DNA of 64,000 nt from Tubulanus polymorphus (taxonomy: Eukaryota; Animalia; Nemertea), in contig NC_134035.1 in assembly GCF_964204645.1 (NCBI RefSeq), positions 9,084,451-9,148,450 of the forward strand, written 5' to 3'. Shown piece after piece: positions 14,001 to 25,000 of the stretch. Positions within the stretch are counted from its first letter, which is position 1. Each line of letters starts with the position of its first letter. A program made the translations under genes and the position numbers. The notes beneath the pieces were generated by a model. That model saw only the letters and a list, made by a program, of their open reading frames with translations. It was not told the DNA's origin and did no database searches.

Positions 14001-17000
14001 AATTCTGGCCGGCGAACACCGGCGAATCGGAAGCGCGCGTCGAGTTTGTATTCCCGATCGAATTTTTGCACGGCGTCTTCGAACGGATGTCCGTGCAGCT
14101 GCAGGAACACGTCGACGCGCGCATCGACTGGCAGGATCTAGTTTACGCGACGTACACCGGGGGGAGCTTGCTGCTACAGCGCGGACTACAAATCGACACG
14201 TACGACTTGTCGATTCAGATCGCGATTCGCGGCGAAAATGAAACGATTACCGTCGAGAAACTGAAAGATCTCGCCGAGATTATGAGAGAAATGTTAGAAA
14301 GGCGACCGGGGGTTGTTTGGTACGAGTATTACTCGTCAAATAATTGTGATACGCATATAGCCAGGTACTTAAACAGCGATCTAAATAATGAAAGTTGATC
14401 ATTTATATTAGGTTTGTAAGTTCAGGGGTGGATCACCGTTCAGGAGAGGAAGGTGTCTACTTTTAAACACAATGATTTTTTAGATCTTCTATAATTGGTC
14501 AAACAGTAATTGGCCCGATGATGGCTAGAAGTATTTAGCCGAAACTTTGCTCGAAATATACATCATTTTACTATAGAACTTTCTCTTTTTTTGGCTGAAC
14601 CTATTGTGGGATTTTTCTCAGTATAATAACTGCTTTAAATACATACGAACTTAACGATAGTACATGCGTGCGCTGTCGTTTTTCGAAACGTTCCACGCTT
14701 TAAATGTCTTACCTGAGCGTAAAACGAGAAAATCCGCAGCGATCGAAACGGTACGAAGAACAGGAAAGGAACGATGATTTCGATGACGAATACGATCGCG
14801 ACGCCGAGTTTCTGAAACCATTCCGGAAACTGATGAGCGTACCACGCCAGCGGTGTAGGAATACACTGCGATTCGTAATGATGCAACAGAGCTACAAATA
14901 ACAACAATACACCCGGGTATGAATTTCATAATATGAAAACTTCGTCACAAAGAGTCCGTGAAGATAACTGGAGCTAGTGGTATATTCGACGTTTACTGAA
15001 GATGACTACAAGGGCAGAGCTAGAATTCTTTGAAGGGGCTGGCCTGAATATTGGAGTGGGTACTTAGATTGAAAAGGGCATATCATTGGAATATTGGTGG
15101 GGGTTCCGATGGCCATCCAACAGAAAATCTAGGATGAAAAAGGAGTCAGGGCCCTTGTGGATTTATTTTCGTCTTTCTTAAACTTTTCTTCGCAAAAATT
15201 TTTTTTTTTGAAATTGAAGGGGGTGTTCCAGTCCACCCCCTAAATCAGCACTTGGATTATCAGGATATAGTTTGAAATGTTTCGTTCGGTTTATTCAACA
15301 TTTTAAACTGTTTTTTCCCTCTTTTATGGTGGAATTCCTGACTTATCACGGATATTACACTATTTTTACAGAATTAACCCGACTATTATAAAGAGAAGAA
15401 AATTCGCTGTCTTTTCCTCAGAATAATACCGGTACATGTGATAGGGAAGCCACTGATTTTTCCATTTGATTACACAAAATCCTTTGAATGAATCAGAGAA
15501 ATATCTTCTTTGTTGAAAAATGTCAATTTATTCATTTCTCATGGTGCTCAATAGCATTACCAGAATTCCCAGGTTCGAGGTAAAATTATTCAAATTCCCT
15601 GATTTTTTTCTAGATTTTTCTGATTCCCTGAGTTTTCCAGGTATTTCCAGATCAGTGGCCACCCTCTATTTAATAACAAGAAATATCTAAGACCGTCATC
15701 AAATACCTGTTAAACCCCACCACGTAGGGCAGCCGCTCGTTAGCTTAACAACTCCAGACGCGAACATCAAACGAAACAGTAACCATTTAACGAGCCACAT
15801 TGTTATAGAGTCGTGATGGTGATAGTAAGAACACGAGAAACGGCCGAGTTTCAAATTCATCGGAGCGATGAGAATCGTTAGGAATCCCGCTTCCAATATC
15901 AGACTATCCCTAGAAAACAGAACCAGACGATTTCAGATGGAAATTCAAATAACAATCGTAGATGATACAGTTCCACAGTTGTGAGTTAAGGTTGACTCGG
16001 AAATTTAGTTCATTTTGAATGAGTTTACAGTCAAATCTTAACTCACAACTGGGCCCTAGTATCAGATTGAATGAGATAACAGGTAATGCTTCGAGGTTCA
16101 CGTTTACCTGGTGAAGCTATATATGCTATAAATGAAATATCGTGATTTCTAATAAAATCGGTTAACCTAGAGGTACTTGTTTTCAAATTCAAATAATTAA
16201 TGTATCAAGTTAGAAGTAGCCTTTGTTTAAATGAATTGATAATTTTAGACTCATTAGACTTTCATGACAGATTTACTGTACTCGGTTAACTGTAATTGTA
16301 TAAACAAAGTGTAGATTATGTATTCGTAATATTCATTATAATTCAAACATTAAAAACTTACCATTGGAAATAGAGAAACGTTTGACCAACCTAAAACAAC
16401 AATCAACGATATCGATTTAATCAAAAGTCATTTCCGAAATTTCTTGCAAAAGGAATAAACTGTTTATCATTATTTGACGTGAAATGATACTGAAATGATT
16501 GTGGCCGTGAGTTGAGATTTGAATCTCGAGCTTAAACATTGAAAATAAACTCATTGAACTTTTTGAGTCGAATTCTACCAGGGGCTGTAGATGACTTCTT
16601 AGCTTCCTTCTTTGAGTTCCATTATATAATTGTGTTCTCATGACTAATGACACGCAGTTCCGTAAAAACGAGAACTCTGGAACTGTTGGCAATCATTCCC
16701 TATTTGACTTCGCTAGTACGCCATATTGCAGTATATTTAAGTTATTAGTAATTAGTTTTTATCTCTATTGTAAGTTGTCAACACACTAGGATGGAATTTT
16801 TCAAATTATCTCTTTCGGATATTTATCAGTCAGTACTGAAAACGTTAAATCCATGGAGAATTTAGTGTAACTCTCAAGACAAATGCGCAAATTGTAACGG
16901 AATCAGAATTGGTTCTTCAATTGGTTCTTCAGACCACTGTTTACATTTACCTGATACAAAGAGAAGTATAGAACCCATAGTATGACGAACCCGACGCATT

Positions 17001-18483
17001 CACGAAACGATTTCGCAATCAACATGATGAACGAGAACAGAATACCGATGAGGCAGAGTAAATCCATACCGGTCTCCGGTTCGAGACCGAGTTTAGGCAT
17101 TAGAGACATCAATGTCGGGTGATTCTGCATGAAATCATTGAAATCTTTCGGGGCTTAAAACGAAAATAAATGAGTGTTACTGAGAGTTTATATTCAATAA
17201 TGCATTTAACCCCTCACAAGCTATCACAGTAAAACTCGCCTATTCGGATAACGGTTTCATTCGGATTTTCACTTATTTCGGACTAAAATTCCAGTCCCCT
17301 CTAGTTATTTCTATTCAAATGAAAGTGCACATAATTCGGATTTTGGTTAATTCGGACAAAATATTCCAGCCCCAGGTGATCCGAATTACGCAAGTTCTAC
17401 TGTACTTAATATTCTTACGTTTTGGAACTTTAAGGTGAACCGGTAGGATGCCATTCTCTCCGTAAAGGCCTGAAAATAAAGAACCAGACCAGGTCATTTC
17501 AATGGCTACTAACCTCAGCGATGTAGTTTCAGTAGGGCTAAATAATCACTGGAATAGAAAGCGATATGTTCAATTTAAATCATGATGGGGGTTAAATCAG
17601 TAGGCCTAACCTGTGTGGTTTAGTTTCACGTTCGGATATTTTCACAAACCAGTCAGTAATGAGAAGCCCATCTTATTATAAAAGCTTACCACCAATGAAT
17701 AGGTAACTATCTAGATGAGGGCTAACCCAAATACCAGATTCAGATTGGTATTCTGTAAATCGCACAATGGTATGTAGTCTAGTACCTAGCCGTCGTTCCA
17801 CAAACAACGATGTAGGGAACCAGTAACAACGACTGGTATTCAGACTAAATGGTATTGTACCAACGTCAAACACTAGTTAGTTACCTTATAGTCGGTGGTA
17901 CGCTTTTTTTAATAGGATAGGCTTATACCATAAATTGTGGATTGTGAAATATCTGATCATGAAATTAAAGCATAGACAGGTTACTGACTACGTCAATCAC
18001 CAGTTTTTTAGACTCTCAGCCACACATTATTGGTTATTGATAAAAAAGAAATTGGTTTCATCTTGGGCTAAATCTTATTCTCGGGGTTTCTGGGGTTGGC
18101 ATCCAATGATCATTGTCCTTCCTTCTTATGCCCTTCCTTGTCTTGTTTGTCAATGCTGTCGTCGCATCTCGAGAAGGAAGGAGAGGACCTCTTTCAAGAG
18201 TGCTACATCTACTCTATCTGGCCACTCGAGCACAGCACCAGTTTGCTTTCGAAATAGCCATTATTTTAGGAAGCTCTGTCTAGAATCACTCCAGAACACC
18301 TGGGTGAATCCTTTATAATGAAACCGGCTGCCCTGGGACTCCAAATGGTAATAAAGACTTGATTTAACGTTGAATTGATGGTGTTATACCTGGAATTTGG
18401 ACGTAAAGCGACGCGAATGCGAACAAATATACAACCGACATCGCCCACAGATACAGATCTCTCGTTAGATGATACGAGCTCAT
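343..18483 (-). CDS. LMF2: Lipase maturation factor 2, multi-exon, 3' end beyond the window start
   Basis: GT-AG exons read on the minus strand. 18483-18390 gives [32 protein letters not shown]. Further exons: ~17469-17420 ([10 protein letters not shown]), ~17153-16951, ~16391-16362 (QTFLYFQW), ~15909-15707 (LEAGFL...[22 protein letters not shown]), ~14890-14713 ([17 protein letters not shown]), ~6237-6112 ([11 protein letters not shown]), ~5637-5468, ~5010-4903, 4818-4722, then 4178-4063 or 3051-2933, ~1913-1788 ([15 protein letters not shown]), ~1351-1238 ([16 protein letters not shown]), ~993-888, ~457-343. These are LMF-family motifs and resemble LMF2. Confidence 0.93.
504..857. mobile_element. 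Same Harbinger-like MITE family with an internal 47-bp tandem expansion
   Basis: Starts GGGCCGGTTGCATAGTC. The unit gctcattttggttctataatcaatctaacaacttaagacaggtataa is repeated about five times (~585-820). Confidence 0.7.
2933..3051 (-). CDS. LMF2: LMF2 alternative exon B ([39 protein letters not shown])
   Basis: tttttag acceptor and gtaaga donor. 119 nt, phase 0 in and phase 2 out. Resembles the vertebrate LMF2 segment VPY...LQLANSYGLFRR. Confidence 0.85.
4063..4178 (-). CDS. LMF2: LMF2 alternative exon A ([38 protein letters not shown])
   Basis: gtatag acceptor and gtagta donor. 116 nt, same phases as exon B, with the same VP...W...YGLFR frame. Confidence 0.8.
7715..14398 (+). CDS. MFHAS1: MFHAS1/MASL1-like ROCO protein (LRR repeats, Roc GTPase, COR), nested antisense in an LMF2 intron
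   Basis: Large exon 11421-14398 encodes many LRRs, a P-loop (GEHQCGKTS), a G3-like LWELGG, G4 VGTKLD and a COR-like C-terminus. It splices in frame from exon 10521-10770 (ATG at 10548; gtgagt donor). Candidate first coding exons at 7715-7798 or 9721-9792 are both phase 0 and in frame; the 5' structure is less certain than the rest. Confidence 0.8.
12998..13123 (+). repeat. Coding 21-bp minisatellite, 6 copies (EADGxxF) inside the Roc domain
   Basis: Six copies of a gaggcagacggagagaatttc-like unit, translating as [42 protein letters not shown]. Confidence 0.95.
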
Positions 18484-19040
18484 TGTGGCATCGATTTCTG
18501 GGCAGAAAAAGCGAGGAATTTAGCGAGAATGTTTTCTATTTTTTGAAGCGGCTTAAAGAGCCGAACAACATCTGTTTCGGGTACATGCGCATCGAAATAG
18601 TTATCCGCTTCGGAAAGTATTTTCTACTGTTCAAACTGCATTTATTACCAAATTATGAATAGAAATAATGAAAATTAACTAAAGAACGTGATATGTGGTT
18701 TTAATCGCCGATTTAAAAGTCGATGCACTCAATGAACACGTTTGTATGCAAATTGCAGATGCGGACTCGGCAACCGGACGAAATGAAGCATCCTCCACCT
18801 TCCACAAACAAGAGAAAAAGAGGACGATATTTAAATACTATATAAGAATATATTTACACTATAATAGTAATGATAATATTAATAATGTGACATATAACCA
18901 CCATATTTTACACAATCATTAACATAAAATTCTGTACCATTAAAAATCGGTTGCTATAAAAAAATAAATAGTTCGACTCGAATCCCTTGCGGCGACGAAC
19001 TGCCGTGTAAAACTGAAGTCCAAATAAAAAATTTATATAA

Positions 19041-22000
19041 TCATATATCGTCGTGAGACGGAACTCGGTATCCTTCCAGTTCCTCGTGATGTCGTTTCAG
19101 TGATAAAAGTTTCAGCGATACTGAATCCATACCGGACTCCGATGAGTTTTCATCAGTAGAGATTTGTAGGTTATAATTATTAGCCTGAAAATATAAAAGA
19201 TGAATTATTAATTCATCAAAGATGAACACAAGACGAACCATGCGCCACGCCCTAAATAACAAGGAGGCCACTTTCCATCCATTTACTAATTCCCTGAGTT
19301 TTTTCCTGAATTTTTTGTTATAACACAATTCCATGAGTGAATCCAAGAAATTTCTAGGTTGAAAATGTCATGTTACAATTTATTCATTTCTCATCCCTGA
19401 ATTTTCCAGGTTTTAGGTTCAATTTGTCAACGTTTCCCTGATTTTTTCTAGATTTTTCTGATTCCTTCAGCAATCCAGTCTTTCAAGTCAGTGGCAACCG
19501 TGAATAACCAATTTTCCCCCTACTAACATTACAGAGATGCACAAAGGGCTTCACAAATCCCCCTGCAAAAAATTCCTTATTTTGAAAATTCCTATGAAAG
19601 GATTAATTAAGACGACTAATAAGAAACTACGAAGTTTAGTAACAAAAGGATATTGACATTAGAAATTATTTCTTGAATTATTTTCTTATTTAGAAATACT
19701 TCTACATCATGCACTGCCCTGACTATTTCCCCAACCCTTCCTAATTTCTTTACAAGAGGTTCCTTGCGTAATTCATTACCGGTACCAGCAAGAAAACCTA
19801 GACAATTTTCATGATTTTCAAGAAGAGTCGTTATTAGATATTTTTGAAGAAAATATGCAATTTCTGAAAGTGAGTGTTGTTAAAAAATTTGCAATCTTTG
19901 ATTCGACGAAAAGGGGAACCTTAAGACCCGAGACCACCCCCCAAAATTCACTTCTGGGAATTGAAACGCGTGTCTAGTAATGTGTGATGCGTACCAGTTG
20001 TAACGTAGCGGCGAACAGGCGACAAACTTCGTGCGGCGTTTGAGTTTTAGCGATGTCGTTAAACGACACCGATCGCGATTTAGTCGGGAAACTTTCGAGA
20101 ACGGCGCTGCCATACGAGTGAATATCGAACGCCGGGCGAGTTTCCTGCGAAATAGAAATACAAAATTATTCCGATAAAACTAGCAGTATTTCAGTAAAAC
20201 TATCATCAACTGAACCGAAAAATGTCGAACGAACCTCTTCTTCTAGTTTCGGGACGACTTTATCTTCCCATTCACCGACTCGCTTCGATAATTCAGTCAA
20301 TTCGGCGAATTTCTGAGCACTCGTCAGAAATTCATCCTACGAAATAAGAAAACATACATCGAGGTTATGTTCTGTTCCCTACCAGCTTGGAAAACAACCC
20401 ATATGGGAATCATTCACTTTACATCCACGTAAAATATGAATTTTTCAACCCCTCATGTATGCAATAACAGCCATTTTTCATACACATTATTTAAGCATTA
20501 CAGTACGCAATTGCACGGACCCCTCCACATCCCGTAATGTGTACGTAATAAATGAATGACTCCTGCAATCCCGCGTAATTCAGTTATGAATTTCTCCGAA
20601 ATTTTATTATCTGGGTCCAAAGTTTAACTAATTTTTTATGTAATTGCTATTGGTTACTTCATATTTTCAATGAGGAAAACGATTCAAACTTAACCAATTT
20701 TGGATTAAACTTTTTTTCATGAAACTTGGCCCGGTACTTACCACATATTTTCTAACCAACTCCTCGTACGATTGCGAACACAATAAATCAGATTGCTGCG
20801 AGAATAAATCATCGTCGATTCGAGCTGCGTTCACGGCTAACGGGTCGTCGTGAATATCAACCGCCGCGCCGACATCATCAAAATCAACAACATTATCATC
20901 ATCTCCGTCATCGTCGTCAGCGGCATCTAATAATAACAACAGTTCAGAAAGAACACAAAATATAAAATCAAAGCTTCTCGTAACGATGGGCATATTCTTG
21001 AAAAAAATACAACTTCCAACGCAGCTAAATCTTAATGACCTGCAGGTATACCGAGTTAAGACTGAAAAGAGTCTGATGACTTCGGTTAAAGGGTCGTTAC
21101 TTTCTCATGTCGATCCGATGAGCTTTCGGTAGATTTTACACTCATATATGGCCTGGTATCACTTGGTGCTAGTTCCCTTCAACGACAGACCAGCTCACAA
21201 ATCATACCAGGACACATACAGTATAATCCTTACGTCTATAATATCCTGATTCAACGATAGAATAGACGCCAATACATCGGCAGCACAACACGATCGTTTG
21301 CGGCTTACTTGTCCGTAGAGTTATAGGGTATGAATGTTTTCGATTGAGAATTCAAATTCGAAATATTTACCCAAATATTCAGGCTCCGTAAATCTCGGTT
21401 CTTCCTCTTCTTGCTCATAAACATCGACAGCGTTGGCTCCATAATTGTTCTGAAATAGTTCAAACCACAAGCTTATAACAGTCATAACGAATCACGGAGA
21501 TATTTGTATCAGGGTCCCTATAGATCAGTCATTCCTGGATATAAGGAGAAAATCTCACATTTCTAGGAAGTGTCTGCATCCCTTAGTTTCATACTGTAGA
21601 TTCTTAAATCAGTACGTTTTATATGGGTAAACCGTTAATTCATGGTTTAGTAAGCAAATTTTTATTCTTACGACTACCTAAACTCGATAACTAATATGGC
21701 AAAAAACAAATCCCAACTATCACAATTTAAGCATAGTTTACTGTACAACTACTAACTAGACAAATATTTCTAATTGCCTATTTCTCAAAATTGAAGGAGT
21801 CTAATTATTCCTCACCGAACGAACCCCTTAAAGGAGTTTCAAAGGAATCAAGAAGTCGTAGGGACCCTGTATGATGAAAATGTGTAAAATACAAACCCGA
21901 ATCAATGTTTTCAGTTGTTTACTGATCTGTTGCCGGCGCTTGTATTCGGTCCAATAAAGACGTTCGAACCCTGCGTACGACGGAACCTTTAACGCATTAC

Positions 22001-25000
22001 TCGTGAATTTTGATCTATGCGAATCTGTAAACGACAAATGAATGAAATTCATCATCGCGATAAATTCTTCAGAGCTTTCATTTTCTTCTTTAAAACTATT
22101 TTCATTCAGAAATATTCCGATATTTTTCTATACAGTAGACTGCGCTTGCATCCAGCGAATGCAGGACTGAGGATTTTCCAAGACGCAGTTGAAGCAGGGA
22201 TGAGTCGTTATCTGACGAAAAATCTGAATTAAGAAAATCTATACATTTCATATTGATATTCAATCTGTCGTCCGGAGCATGTGCGATAATCTGATGTAAC
22301 AAATCCTACTAGAGCCATCCATGAATATGAAGGTCAACAGTTGCCTGAAGCCCTAGTATCACTTGGTGCTAATGTGAGTAAATACAATTAGCCCACAAGT
22401 GATATTAGGACCCGAGAAAATGTAATAGAACTGGCAGAATGAATGGGGAACCCAAAAAACCAGCTCAACAGATGGCGTAGCGAGCAGTGGGTCTTTTGGT
22501 GTCAAAATGCGTTCATTTTCAATGAACTTTGAACTGGACTCCTGAATCCTGATATTATCACAACACCCACCAAATATACAATTCTCTCATTCTTCCTACT
22601 CGGATATCGGTATAGTTTTCATGAAAAATTGATTCATTTTAGGAGAAAATTTCATTCGGATTTGATTGAAATGTAGAAGGAATCGAACGCTGACGACCAC
22701 CTACAAACTTGGCATATGCTCGGAATCCGCAATTGCCACTGTAGCACTCTGGGTATGCAACCCATCGTCGATTATCTATGGGTCATTCCTGGTATCATTT
22801 GGTGCTAGTAAATTCATCTAACCACCACACAAATCATATCAGGAACAATCTCACAAGAGAAACTACTATCATAACTCAATTCTATTTTCCTAGCTAAGTG
22901 GTGAACTCAAATGCATTGCTCTTCACACTTTCCTCGAGATGAAAAGAAACGGTAAATTCCTGGTATCACTTGGTGCTAGAGTTCCCTATAATCGTCCAGA
23001 ACACACAAGTTATAACAGGAAAATACACGTTTCTGTCGGGGGAGCAAAGTAAAACCTAGAACAGAATCCAGTTGTTGAGAGTATTCTAATCTTTCAGCCC
23101 TGGTATCATTTGGTGCTAGCTACTTATTATGATTGATGCTATCACACAAATGATTCCAGGCCTGATAGAACTAGTAGCACTAGGTTCCTGCTATCGACGT
23201 ACATCGGCTAGCATGTGCCCTGGTATCTCCTGGTGCTAGTCGTCTAGTAACACACACTATCACTCAGGATATAACAGGCCACTAACTATTAGCTATCGCC
23301 CAATAATAATATTCACTACTAACTATTCATTCTAATATTTGATTTTCCATAATTCTCCGATTGCTCTACAATCCAGTTATTCGAGTCAAATACTAAACCG
23401 TCGAATTGACATGAGAAATTCCAACCCGAGGATTATAGGATCAGCGAATATGAGAGCACTAGTCCTGATATCACCTGGTGCTAGTATACCGTCTAATCGA
23501 CTAGCACACAGATTATATCAGGATCAGGACACCACACTCTGAATCCTATTCTGAGTATAGTAGAATAACCATTTTTTAACATCACCCGACGATGGTCTCT
23601 ATAGAGTCCGAAACATTATGTCTTTTGTTTTAAACTTATGACAAATAAAACGTTTCTTATCTTTATAAGAATTTTGTGTAAGAATTTTGGGGGTTTTAAA
23701 CTTATTATGGATTGAGAGAAAATCCACATTTTGTCCATATTTTAGTCATTGTACTTACAAGCTTTAGAGAGAAATTGACAGAGAGGAACATCCTTAGTCG
23801 GTTTGACGTTTCTGTCGCTTTTCTTATTTGTTTTCAACGCAGCAGGAATCACCAGTTTCACTGAAAACAAAAAGGTCAGTCGGAAATGTAAGAAGCATAT
23901 ATAAATCTTAGCAAGAGTCTTCGATAAATAGACATTACCTTTCTTGGGAGGTTTCTCTTTTTCGACAGTCGTTTGATGAGGATCGAGTAGTTGCCAAAAA
24001 TCAGTTTTCTGCAATAACATATCTTATGATAAATAACATAATTTACTGCAATATTCAAGACTTCCAACTTTAGTGTTCAAAATTAATTGAACAATGAGCG
24101 TCTAAAACTAACATGGAGCGGTTGTTTAACTTACCTTTGATTTAGATGCAGTGGCGTCTTCAAGATTAGATGTAAACTGTACTCGTTTACGACGCAGCTG
24201 CATGTGCTGCTGATTTGCATCGGGCTACAAACATAAAACACACCAACATGAACCCTCTACTCAGGGTGGCCACTATCCGTCCATTTAACAAATACAGTGA
24301 CTATTCCAAGGCAAAAATGTTGTTTTTTTTCCCTGATATGACTCTATCGGCTAAGAATCCAATCAATGAACACAGTCAAATATGTTAAACAGACGGAAAA
24401 TTTTCGATCTTATTGACAATATAGCAATCTCAGTAAATTTCCCCTTTTCCCCTGATCTTAAGCTTTTTTTTCATACAAAATTCCCTGAATATTCCCCGAT
24501 TTCCAATAAAGAGGCCACCCTGCTTCATAAAACCATTTATTCGTTCCCCGTGAGAAAAACCTGGTCATTTTCTTCAGAACTTACTAGTTCTTGATGAGGA
24601 GCCTCATTGACAGAAACTTCCGCAGCCGCCGCTGGATCTGGAATTTCATCGAAATCCCCGCCGCCATCGTCATCATCGTAGCGATCATCGCCAACATCAT
24701 CCGACCGAACCTCACACACTTCATCATTTCGCATGACGTCACCCGTAGATGGCGCCGATATTGCCGTCGTTAACTGCGTCGCCGATGACGATTCTTTCAA
24801 CAATGATAAATGCGACAGGTCTAGAATCAGCGATCCGATTCGTAGAATTTCCGACGTGTTCATTCGGAAATCTAAACGACTGCCAATTAATTCTCCTTTA
24901 CGACTGTAAATACGAGAAACACTTTAATTAACGCATTATCTACGCGAGACACAGGCTTCGCGGATCACAAAATCCTTAACTCAGATATTTCCATGACCCT

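Noticed and set aside
11699-14241. Numerous overlapping and antisense ORFs inside the ROCO exon
   Set aside because: Shadow ORFs caused by the GC/CpG-rich codon usage of the real frame.
15542-15548. TGGTGCT miR-29 seed match downstream of the ROCO gene
   Set aside because: A single 7-mer inside a repeat copy, probably outside any 3' UTR and expected by chance.
21150-23523. Hairpin array as a CRISPR array or H/ACA snoRNAs
   Set aside because: Eukaryotic intron, irregular spacing, no cas genes and no consistent H/ACA boxes or pockets. The seed, arm conservation and CNNC fit pre-miRNAs better.
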